Shown: positions 49,517-58,051 of the stretch, piece after piece
How the letters are laid out: each line of letters begins with the position of its first letter
Position numbering within the stretch: the first letter of the stretch is position 1
Origin: Clostridiales bacterium
GTDB lineage: Bacteria; Bacillota; Clostridia; Christensenellales; UBA1242
Assembly: GCA_918292005.1 (NCBI GenBank)
Contig: CAKJZJ010000007.1
Coordinates: forward strand, 21,411-85,410
Length of the DNA: 64,000 nucleotides
Reading direction: 5' to 3'
Notes under the pieces: generated by a model
The model's database searches: none
Seen by the model: only the letters and a program-made list of their open reading frames with translations
What the model was told of the DNA's origin: nothing
Translations under genes and position numbers: made by a program

Positions 49517-52033
49517 ATGCATAGAATGACACAAAAAAAATGTACCAATATACTGCACATTGGTCTAGTAATGCTGGGCTGTTTTTTGCTAATGTGTGGC
49601 ATACTATGTATTTATTCGCCTAGTGTAATAGTGCAAGCCAAGTCTGGTGGGGGTAGAACTCCTAGTAGACGGATAGGCGATCCCGCAGATCCTATTACTA
49701 TAGAAATGGATATCTCTACCGTGCAGTACGATAGAGATGGCAATTACTCATTTGCACCATATTATATGGATGGTAGTACTAGGGTGCCTGTAGACTATAC
49801 TCTACCTACCATTAGTGGCATTGGGGATTATCTATTACACGTAGAAGACATAGCAGGACATACAATATCCAATCAAGATATAGACATACATATTATCGCA
49901 AAGGAGATTACTGCCACGTACGAAAATTTGCAGGTGGCATACAATCGCAATCCACAGACGGTGGTGGCTACCACCCCGTATGAGTATATAAGCATCAGTA
50001 TAGACGATCCTACGCATACCTATCCAGGCTCTTATCCAATACATGCAACTATGCAAGTGGACGGGGTAGTAAATAATAATTATGTGCTAGTCAATCGAGA
50101 CGTAACTATGATTATCTCTAAAGGTACTATAAATGAGTCTCAATATACCACTCATGATGTGACTGTGAGATATCTAGATGATATAAACAATCTAGACAAT
50201 CTAGACTTTGTAACAACTACGGCAGAAGATAATATAGTCTACTGGATAATATCTAGATATACTAGTGATGTAACAGTAGGCACATATGATGTGGAGATTT
50301 CTTTTCACATTATACAATCGGAACGTTCGTATTACAATCCATTCACTTATGACTTTTCTATTCAGACTGTACACCTAATCATTTTACCGAAAATATTACA
50401 CATCTCCGATTACACTTTTGATAATAACACTATTGTCTATGACGGCAATGACCATGCAGAATTGGTTATCCTAGCACAGGGACATATTAGATACAATATT
50501 GAAGATAAAGATGGTAATATTATACAAGAAAATATGTCTACATATTCACTAGTAAATGTCGATAATTACACAATTACTGTCAATATGTATATAGATGATG
50601 ACAATTATATACTAGATGAGTACTCGTTCACTCGTACTATATCTATTACTCCTGCAGACTATAATCAGGATCTGCTACCGGTATATGTAGATGAATATGT
50701 GGTGTACGATTCTCTAGAGCATAGGTATGATCTCACGCCATATACATTACCTACAGGAGTGAGTATATCTACAGCGGGATATGAGTATTACATTCATGCT
50801 GGGGATTATCCTATTACCATTACGTATGACCTAGGTATTAATTACAATCCATTACCTAGTCTCACTAGATATTTGCGTATCACACCTAAGCCTATTACTG
50901 CTATTCTAGATGTAGATACATTCTCGTACAATACCGAGCCACATACTATTACAGCACATGCTATAGGACTATGTGATGGGGACACTGGTGTCATTACTCT
51001 GGCTGGTAATATTGAGACGGACGAAGGAAGGTATGATGCTACCATTATTGGTATAGACAATCCCGACTATCATGTGTCTACCGAGACATTACCTTTTACC
51101 ATACTACCTACTTATCCTAGTCTCAATTCTCTAGTTTTTGTGAATCAGACATTTGTATATGATGGCGAGAGACATTTACCTACATTTAGTATTGACCTGC
51201 CTACTGGTGTGAGTGCTAGGGTGGTAAGTATGGCGAATTGTACTCACGTGGGTAGACATCTGACCTATCTGGTGTTTACTTCGGAGAATCACAATTACCT
51301 AGCACCTAATTCACTCTATGCATATACTATCATTGAGCCTAAGCCTGTAACCATTACTTTCGGCAATAGTACTTTTATATACACTGGTACCGAGAAAAGT
51401 GTGGACTACTCCATATCTGGTGTACTAGATGGCGATACTTGTGGTAGTAGCATTGAATATAATGGTACACTCATTGCTCCGGGTGACTATCTGGGTATAG
51501 TGAGACTGGATACACCTACAGATTATGTAATATCTGGAGATGACTCCATTATTGTCACTATTTTGGCTACCCATAAAGCTGTAGCGAGTGGGGATTATGC
51601 TTTTGACCTAAAGGGAGATAGTTTCCGTATAGATATGCCAGTGAATATTATCGTAGCTGATGCCGAGTATGTAGACTATTTCGAAAAGGGTGAGTGTGTG
51701 AGATGTTCTACACTGGATATTTCGATCGGTGTAGACGATACATATACTTTAAGTCTAGCACCTAATGACACATATACCAGCTTTAATAATGTGTCGGTAT
51801 ATAGAATAAATGCAAACGGTTCGCTCACTATGCTAGAAAAGTCTGTATGGGGCGACAAGATACATTTTGAAGTACATGATGGAGATAAAATACTCATGGT
51901 GGAATACAAACCTAATAGTATTTTGCCAGCGGTGCTCATTATAGCGAGCATACTAATAGTATCACTCCTTGTAGCACTTCCATACATTTGGGAGAATAGA
52001 AGATTGTCTAAAATGCTGAAAAATAAGCAATAA
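49517..52033 (+). CDS. Repeat-rich surface protein (MBG/YDG-like repeats) with N- and C-terminal hydrophobic anchors
   Basis: Units recur that begin K(E/P)ITA... and contain (V/F)YDG/YTG, for example KEITATYENLQVAYN, KPITAILDVDTFSYN, KPVTITFGNSTFIYTGTEKSV and TFVYDGERH. The C-terminal TM is LPAVLIIASILIVSLLVAL. Confidence 0.6.
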   Translation: MHRMTQKKCTNILHIGLVMLGCFLLMCGILCIYSPSVIVQAKSGGGRTPSRRIGDPADPITIEMDISTVQYDRDGNYSFAPYYMDGSTRVPVDYTLPTISGIGDYLLHVEDIAGHTISNQDIDIHIIAKEITATYENLQVAYNRNPQTVVATTPYEYISISIDDPTHTYPGSYPIHATMQVDGVVNNNYVLVNRDVTMIISKGTINESQYTTHDVTVRYLDDINNLDNLDFVTTTAEDNIVYWIISRYTSDVTVGTYDVEISFHIIQSERSYYNPFTYDFSIQTVHLIILPKILHISDYTFDNNTIVYDGNDHAELVILAQGHIRYNIEDKDGNIIQENMSTYSLVNVDNYTITVNMYIDDDNYILDEYSFTRTISITPADYNQDLLPVYVDEYVVYDSLEHRYDLTPYTLPTGVSISTAGYEYYIHAGDYPITITYDLGINYNPLPSLTRYLRITPKPITAILDVDTFSYNTEPHTITAHAIGLCDGDTGVITLAGNIETDEGRYDATIIGIDNPDYHVSTETLPFTILPTYPSLNSLVFVNQTFVYDGERHLPTFSIDLPTGVSARVVSMANCTHVGRHLTYLVFTSENHNYLAPNSLYAYTIIEPKPVTITFGNSTFIYTGTEKSVDYSISGVLDGDTCGSSIEYNGTLIAPGDYLGIVRLDTPTDYVISGDDSIIVTILATHKAVASGDYAFDLKGDSFRIDMPVNIIVADAEYVDYFEKGECVRCSTLDISIGVDDTYTLSLAPNDTYTSFNNVSVYRINANGSLTMLEKSVWGDKIHFEVHDGDKILMVEYKPNSILPAVLIIASILIVSLLVALPYIWENRRLSKMLKNKQ

Positions 52034-52039
52034 ATAATT

Positions 52040-52147
52040 ATGTCTTGCATTGTGGTAGTGCCATATTCTCCACTAACCAGTGGTTATCTACTAGACGAGG
52101 GGACTATAGTAGATCTCGCTAGAAGCAAAGGCATATCCAAAGCCTAG
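52040..52147 (+). pseudogene. Possible remnant of an aldo/keto reductase gene (35-codon fragment)
   Basis: MSCIVVVPYSPLTSGYLLDEGTIVDLARSKGISKA* resembles the AKR C-terminal segment (SPL-x-G ... iA-k-G-ks). It is far too short to be functional. Confidence 0.3.
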
Positions 52148-52185
52148 GCATGTCTAGCCTATGCTGGTCAGAAACATTCCACCAC

Positions 52186-52250
52186 ACATGTAAATAAAAA
52201 CAGCCAACATGTAAATAAAAAACAGCCAACATGTAAATAAAAAACAGCCT
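52186..52250. repeat. Tandem repeat, three copies of a 21-22 nt unit
   Basis: ACATGTAAATAAAAA(A)CAGCC(A/T) occurs at 52186-52206, 52207-52228 and 52229-52250. The last copy forms the 5' arm of the terminator hairpin ACAGC...GCTGT (52244-52261). Confidence 0.9.
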
Positions 52251-52270
52251 ATCATAGCTGTTTTTTTGTT

Positions 52271-52990
52271 TCATTCTCCATACTGGTCAATATCTCCATT
52301 GTGTATCTGGTAATACACTCCGTGCATAGAGACTACGCCATTCTCTATTTTTATGTACGAGTAATTAGGTAGTCCCAGTAGTGTGCGATGATGGGACAGG
52401 GGTAATACATGGTCCTTTACCACGTCTATATCTTCGCATGGTATCTGGTATATACGGTTTTTACCATCGAAATGGGGGATAATAATGTCTCTGCATACAC
52501 CGATGCCCTGTAGCCATAGTGGCTGACCTAGGTCGGATAATTCTTCTGGGAAATTCGCCACCGTCTCGCACATATTCATAGCACCTGCAGATACTCCTAC
52601 ACATACACCATTGCCACTCTCTAGTATATCTAATAGGTGTATTTTATGGCAAAATTCATTCTGCACTATACATTTGCCACCTGTGAGTAGAATAAAGTCT
52701 GCACCATCTAGTATCTCTCTAGCACTAGATATATTTCTATCGTCTAGCACATAATACTCTTTAAAGCCCAAATTCGTCATTTCTAGACACTTTTGGTAGA
52801 AGGTAAGTTTACTATCATTCTCATCGTAATTGGCCGTGTCATTGGCTATTAAAACGAATTTGTTTAGAGCTGGGAGGCTATCTACAATATTTTTAGATAG
52901 GTCGTTTTCCGTAAGCATTGGGCAGGGCAGGCGATTGCCGTCTTCGTCGAAAATTCTATTAAAAAGTATAGAAACTAGATAATATACCAT
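52271..52990 (-). CDS. Peptidase S51 (dipeptidase E-like) / class I glutamine amidotransferase-like protein
   Basis: ILLTGGKCIVQNEF...LLDILESGNGVCVGVSAGAMNM matches the S51 layout with the nucleophile Ser in G-x-SAGA. RBS GAGGT. Confidence 0.55.
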   Translation of the reverse strand: MVYYLVSILFNRIFDEDGNRLPCPMLTENDLSKNIVDSLPALNKFVLIANDTANYDENDSKLTFYQKCLEMTNLGFKEYYVLDDRNISSAREILDGADFILLTGGKCIVQNEFCHKIHLLDILESGNGVCVGVSAGAMNMCETVANFPEELSDLGQPLWLQGIGVCRDIIIPHFDGKNRIYQIPCEDIDVVKDHVLPLSHHRTLLGLPNYSYIKIENGVVSMHGVYYQIHNGDIDQYGE

Positions 52991-53066
52991 ATTTACCTCG
53001 CATTTTTAGTATTGTATATCAAAGCAATTTTTTTGTAAAACAAAATGTCTTTCCTACACTGTGAGA

Positions 53067-53095
53067 TTGACAATACCACCATGCTATGCTATACT
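53067..53095 (+). promoter_or_regulatory. Sigma-70-type promoter for tRNA-Arg
   Basis: TTGACA (53067-53072), a 17-nt spacer, then TATACT (53090-53095). Confidence 0.6.
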
Positions 53096-53108
53096 ACACG
53101 TAGTTTTT

Positions 53109-53183
53109 GCTTCCGTAGTTAAATGGATATAACAGCCCCCTCCTAAGGGGCCGTTGTGGGTTCGATTCCCGCCGGGAGTACCA
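53109..53183 (+). tRNA. tRNA-Arg (anticodon CCU), CCA encoded
   Basis: Hand-folded cloverleaf. Acceptor GCTTCCG/CGGGAGT has a G1-U72 wobble. The D arm is GTTA-AATGGATA-TAAC. The anticodon stem is GCCCC/GGGGC with loop CTCCTAA. The T arm is GTGGG-TTCGATT-CCCGC, followed by A and CCA. Confidence 0.85.
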
Positions 53184-53190
53184 TAAAAAA

Positions 53191-53215
53191 GCACCCATGC
53201 TTGGGTGCCTTTTTT
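53191..53215 (+). terminator. Rho-independent terminator after tRNA-Arg
   Basis: Stem GCACCCA / TGGGTGC with a 4-nt loop, followed by T6. Confidence 0.7.
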
Positions 53216-53454
53216 ACCAACTCGGCGAACTCTTTCCCAAGTGTTCGCCACTAGCCCCTACAATGCCCATAAACACTAGCAAAAACGCTAGTGTTTTTTC
53301 TTAAGGTGTCAAGAAAATTTCAATTTTGACACCTTTGCCGCCTTAACTCCCATTTTTAATCATACTCGACTACAAAAAACTGTGGAAAATTGTGTGAATT
53401 TTTATAAAATTATTAAAAAAGATATTTTCAAACGATGATAAAAGATAAATAGTA

Positions 53455-53463
53455 TGCTATAAT
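53455..53463 (+). promoter_or_regulatory. Extended -10 element upstream of the helicase gene
   Basis: TGC-TATAAT lies 19 nt upstream of the ATG at 53482. Confidence 0.4.
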
Positions 53464-53481
53464 GAGTGTGGAGTAATTAAA

Positions 53482-56400
53482 ATGAATATTGGAGAAGTTG
53501 TATCAAAAGCAATAAAAGAAGGTAAATGGTTAAACATCTCATATATCAATAAAAACGATGAGAATACTTTTTATTGGGTTGCTATTAAGGATATTGATTT
53601 TAATAAAAAGACTTTTTATGTTTCTATGTTCAATGATAAAAAATCAATGAATACTTTTGATACGTGGATTTACTTTAACAATATTCAAAATGCAGAAGTT
53701 ATTGAGTTTTCATCGTATGAGAGACCGGATGAATTAATTAGTAAAATCGAAAAGAACTTAAATAAATGTGCATGGTTAAACTATGACCATTTTAATCATA
53801 ATGTTTTGAATTATTATGCAGAATGTAATATTTTGGACAATGATCCTGCACAAAAAGAATATGCAAGTATTCCTGGGATAGATTTGTCAATACTTCGCAA
53901 AAATAAAAAGTTCGAATTAAACGAAGAACAAATTAAAAGGATTATTTCAGACATATATCACTACGATATAAAAAATAATACAAACTCATATTACACACTT
54001 GCTATAAATAATTTTTCTATTGACGAAGGTAAAAATAAATTTGTTATTGCATATTATTGCCTTACATTTGATCCACAGCAAAAATCTTTAATACTTGATA
54101 AACATCTTAGGTTTAATCAAGCATTTATGGTTGATGGAAGAAGACATTCATTATTTAATTACATTAATATGGATACTGATTACTTTGCCAAAACTTTTGA
54201 ATCTAATTATAAAGAATATCAACAAATCATTCAAAGTAATTTAAGACCTGGCGAATATATAAATACAAGGCCGGATATAATGCTTATTCAGCGAGATGTG
54301 TCGATTGATTTATCAGAAACATATAGTGCAATTGAAGAAAGATATTTAACAAACAATTTAACTGTACCACTCAAATCTTTCTTTGGTAATATAACTAAGA
54401 AAAACAATTTGAGAAAGAAAGAGCCGTCATTGATTATATATGATAATCGAATTAACATAAACCAAATGCGTGTTTTGTATAACGCAATGAAATATCCAGT
54501 TACATATGTTCAAGGACCTCCAGGAACTGGGAAAACACAGACAATTATTAATGTTACTTTAAGTGCTTTTTATAATGATAAAACAATGTTAATTTGTTCA
54601 TCAAACAATAAACCTGTTGATGGAATAGTTGAAAAGCTTAAATTTGAATATAAAGGCGAGTTTGTAAATTTTCCTTATCTTAGACTTGGAAATTATGAAG
54701 ATGTGAAAAAAGCGACTTTAAGGATAAAAGAATTATACAACTACACGACCAACAAAACGCCTAAAGATGAGCTATTAAATAAAATAAAGGTTTCAACTGA
54801 TGATCATAATGCAAAACTTATTGAATTGTTAAATATTCAAGAAAAAAGGGTAGATATACAAAACTGCCTTGATAGTTCTAACAAATTAATAAAATCATTT
54901 GGAAATAATACAAGTAAAATTATAGATGTTGTTAAAGAGAAGATTTATCAACTTAAAGAAGACTTAAAGTCGTTACCAGAAGTATCTAATGATGATTTAA
55001 CGTCTTTATTCATACCATTAAATCAAAACTACCAACTCTCTCAATTTTTGTATTTCAAGTCTTTACAGTATATAAGCAAGCTTAAAAAACCTCGTTATTC
55101 AGAGCTTATACAAATATGTAGTATTGAAGATGATGATACAAGAGTAAATGATTTTAATAAATGGACACAGGAAGACGCCAATATGAAATTGCTTACAGAA
55201 GTGTTTCCAATCATTTTTTCTACAAACATATCTTCTAGACGGCTAGGTACACCGAATTTCATGTTTGATTTAGTTGTAATGGATGAAGCAGGTCAATGTA
55301 ATGTTGCGACTTCGCTTATCCCTATTACCAAGGCAGAATCGTTATTACTTGTTGGAGATCCGAACCAACTCAAACCCGTTATTATTCTGGAAGAAGATGT
55401 AAATACACAATTATTAGAAAAGTACAATATTCCAGAAAAGTATAATTACAAAGACCATTCAATTCTTGATGTTATGATTGAAAATGATAATATTTCAAAA
55501 TATATTCTTCTTGAGTATCATTATAGATGTGGAAGAAAGATTATAAATTTTTCCAATCAAAGATACTACAATAACTCCCTTAACTTGTCATATATTGCAA
55601 ATGAAGGCGATCTGCAATTATTGGATGTTAGAAATCAAAATGTAAAGCAAAAAAACGAAGCTTTTGATGAGGTGTGCGAAATTGTAGAATATATCAAAAG
55701 AAATGATATCCATAATGCATTTATAATAACACCTTTTGTAAATCAAAAAGAGTTGATGAATAGAATGCTAAAAGAAGCTAATATTACAGATGTCGATTGT
55801 GGAACAATTCATTCTTTGCAAGGGGCAGAAAGAGATACAATTATATTTTCTTCAGCTATCTCTCCTAAGACAAGTAAGAAGACTTTTGAATGGATCAAAG
55901 ACAATTATGAATTAATCAATGTTGCTGTAACAAGAGCAAAATCAAAATTAGTAATTGCTGCTGACACTGAAGTAGTTGATAAATTGTCCGATAAAAGTGA
56001 TGACTTATACAACTTGATACAATATGCAAAAAACAATGGTAACATAATTATTCCTGCAAATGAATCAATCAAATTAGAAATTGGCAAATCAAATGGAAGT
56101 GTAAATGAAGATGAGTTTTTCAAAACGGTATCACATTTTTGTTCTTGTCATAAAACTTTTGAAGCTGAAAGGAATGTTAAAATATCAAGGTTGTTGAAAA
56201 ATGAAAATGCAAACGACGGAATGGAATTTGATCTTGTTTTATATGAAAAGAATATGTTTGGCAAAAAACCGGTAATAGCATTTGAGGTTAATGGCGGAGA
56301 ACATTTTGGCGTATTGTCTAGAGAAAAATCTGACAGAAAGAAAATGGATATTTGCTCTAGACACGGTATTAAGTTGATTTTCATTCCAAATACATTTGTG

Positions 56401-56484
56401 AAGGCTTATGAATATATTGCAGATATAATATTATCTTCAAAAAACAGGAATACAACAATTCAACAATCTTTATTTGAAGAATAA
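53482..56484 (+). CDS. SF1 (Upf1/DNA2-like) helicase fused to a C-terminal restriction-endonuclease-like (DUF2726/DUF559-type) domain; N-terminal third unknown
   Basis: Helicase motifs VQGPPGTGKTQT, VVMDEAGQ, LLLVGDPNQLKPV, YHYRCGRKIINF, GTIHSLQGAERDTIIFS and NVAVTRAKSKL are present. The C-terminal domain reads MEFDLVLYEK...PVIAFEVNGGEHF...SDRKKMDICSRHGIKLIFIP. Length is 1000 aa. Confidence 0.8.
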   Translation: MNIGEVVSKAIKEGKWLNISYINKNDENTFYWVAIKDIDFNKKTFYVSMFNDKKSMNTFDTWIYFNNIQNAEVIEFSSYERPDELISKIEKNLNKCAWLNYDHFNHNVLNYYAECNILDNDPAQKEYASIPGIDLSILRKNKKFELNEEQIKRIISDIYHYDIKNNTNSYYTLAINNFSIDEGKNKFVIAYYCLTFDPQQKSLILDKHLRFNQAFMVDGRRHSLFNYINMDTDYFAKTFESNYKEYQQIIQSNLRPGEYINTRPDIMLIQRDVSIDLSETYSAIEERYLTNNLTVPLKSFFGNITKKNNLRKKEPSLIIYDNRININQMRVLYNAMKYPVTYVQGPPGTGKTQTIINVTLSAFYNDKTMLICSSNNKPVDGIVEKLKFEYKGEFVNFPYLRLGNYEDVKKATLRIKELYNYTTNKTPKDELLNKIKVSTDDHNAKLIELLNIQEKRVDIQNCLDSSNKLIKSFGNNTSKIIDVVKEKIYQLKEDLKSLPEVSNDDLTSLFIPLNQNYQLSQFLYFKSLQYISKLKKPRYSELIQICSIEDDDTRVNDFNKWTQEDANMKLLTEVFPIIFSTNISSRRLGTPNFMFDLVVMDEAGQCNVATSLIPITKAESLLLVGDPNQLKPVIILEEDVNTQLLEKYNIPEKYNYKDHSILDVMIENDNISKYILLEYHYRCGRKIINFSNQRYYNNSLNLSYIANEGDLQLLDVRNQNVKQKNEAFDEVCEIVEYIKRNDIHNAFIITPFVNQKELMNRMLKEANITDVDCGTIHSLQGAERDTIIFSSAISPKTSKKTFEWIKDNYELINVAVTRAKSKLVIAADTEVVDKLSDKSDDLYNLIQYAKNNGNIIIPANESIKLEIGKSNGSVNEDEFFKTVSHFCSCHKTFEAERNVKISRLLKNENANDGMEFDLVLYEKNMFGKKPVIAFEVNGGEHFGVLSREKSDRKKMDICSRHGIKLIFIPNTFVKAYEYIADIILSSKNRNTTIQQSLFEE

Positions 56485-56697
56485 ACAAGAGGCAAATTTT
56501 TGGTTACTCTGGACCAAATGATGAGATGGTTCAACAACAATATATTCCAACTCAAGAACCTGTCGAAGAACAAACAAAACAAGAACCAGCAAAAGAAAGC
56601 TCTCTAACAGATGAAGACTACGATTAAATCCTTGAAAAGCTAATTCGTGATAGACAACGAAGAAAGAGAAAAGAGAAAGATTTTGAGATGTAGCAAA

Positions 56698-56726
56698 TTG
56701 CCTTTTTCGCAAAAATATGATATGAT
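56698..56726 (+). promoter_or_regulatory. Sigma-70-type promoter for the HEPN-like gene
   Basis: TTGCCT (56698-56703), a 17-nt spacer, then TATGAT (56721-56726). RBS GAGGA lies at 56737-56741. Confidence 0.5.
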
Positions 56727-56746
56727 ATAACCATTGAGGAAACACA

Positions 56747-57835
56747 ATGGAAATAGAAGTATTAATCAATAAAAAAACAGAAGAAGATATAAAGGGATTT
56801 TCCACCAAAGATGTGAAGTGTAATATATCTAAAATTAAAGGTAAAGATAATTATATAATATTGATATCTGCGAGTAAAGATAATAGGTCTAATATTATTT
56901 CTTGTTTTGATATAATGAAAACAATCAAGCAGAAATTAAAGGCGAAAGAAATAGATTGTTTTGAAATCAAGAATGAATATAGTTTATTATTTCAAGCAAA
57001 ACTATATCCTAAGGTACAGTTGTTTGAAAATAATTTAAGAAAGTTGTTACAAATTGCGCTATGCGACGCTGAAGAAATGTTAAAAGATGCCTACAAATCT
57101 ATGCAAGAAAAGTTAGAGAAGGATAAAAAAGAAATTGTTGAAACTTACGGATTGCTTAACGCAACAGATTTGCAAGATATTTTTGAGTTTTTATTTGTCG
57201 ATAGAAAAGGATTGCAATCTATTAAAGAAAAAGTTAAGGAAAACAATTGGCACTTAATGAATGATTTAAAAGAAATTAAAATTAATTCATTATGGAATAA
57301 TCTTTTTAAAGATAAGTTTGAAGGGTTTGAATTAGATAAATATTGTGAAAAAATATATTACATCAGAAATGATATTATGCATTTTCATTGTCTAGATTAC
57401 TACTCATATATAGATGCCAATAAGTTATTAAATAAACTTAATAATCAATTAGAAAAACAGATTAACAAGAATATAGTGCTTGTGCCTGCAGATTATAAAA
57501 ATACAACTCTGATTGAAGAAAATATTGCATTAAATTTAAGAAACTATTACACGCATAATTTTGATTGGATAAGTAGCACTGCAGAAGTTATGAAGCAATT
57601 ATCAAAAACATCTTCAGAACTTGTTAAAAGTTTAAAAACCTTTCAAATCGATACGACATTTTTAAATAATTTTTATAAAAGCATAAGTTTGCCAGAGATT
57701 AAATCGCTATCTGAAATTATTAGCTCTTTTAAAGAGCCAACTCTAAATTTTAAAGAGTATTATTTTAATGAATTTGTGCACAAAAAAGAAGAAGACAAAT
57801 CAGAAAAAACTCCGCATGATGACGTGAAACAATAA
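56747..57835 (+). CDS. Putative HEPN-domain protein (Rx4H motif), 362 aa
   Basis: KIYYIRNDIMHFH contains R-N-x3-H, the Rx4-6H signature of HEPN RNases with the usual Asn after Arg. The rest is predicted helical and Lys/Glu/Asn-rich. Confidence 0.4.
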   Translation: MEIEVLINKKTEEDIKGFSTKDVKCNISKIKGKDNYIILISASKDNRSNIISCFDIMKTIKQKLKAKEIDCFEIKNEYSLLFQAKLYPKVQLFENNLRKLLQIALCDAEEMLKDAYKSMQEKLEKDKKEIVETYGLLNATDLQDIFEFLFVDRKGLQSIKEKVKENNWHLMNDLKEIKINSLWNNLFKDKFEGFELDKYCEKIYYIRNDIMHFHCLDYYSYIDANKLLNKLNNQLEKQINKNIVLVPADYKNTTLIEENIALNLRNYYTHNFDWISSTAEVMKQLSKTSSELVKSLKTFQIDTTFLNNFYKSISLPEIKSLSEIISSFKEPTLNFKEYYFNEFVHKKEEDKSEKTPHDDVKQ

Positions 57836-58051
57836 AAAATAAAATAAAAGTGAAACATTTTTGCCAAAATTCAGCAATTTTGTTTCACATTTTTTTGTAT
57901 TATCTTTTATAAATGTGTAATAATAAGACAGGAAATCAGAAATATTTTTGCAAAATTTGTATTAATTTCTCAAAAATGGCAAAAATATTCTCAATACCGG
58001 TTGACATTATGGTTCGTTCTGAATATAATATCAGTAAGAGGAGAAAGGATT

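Noticed and set aside
49538-49545. A8 homopolymer near the 5' end of the 838-aa surface-protein gene as a phase-variation switch. I also looked for DGR template/variable repeats and invertible promoters near surface genes.
   Set aside because: A8 tracts are common in this AT-rich DNA. No reverse transcriptase, near-identical TR/VR pair or flanking inverted repeats were seen.
52186-52250. CRISPR-like repeat array
   Set aside because: The three 21-22 nt units are directly contiguous with no spacers and overlap a terminator. This is a simple tandem duplication.
56470-56808. 112-aa minus-strand ORF spanning the helicase-HEPN spacer
   Set aside because: It overlaps the 3' end of the helicase gene and the promoter and 5' end of the HEPN-like gene, and it has no RBS. 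It is likely spurious.
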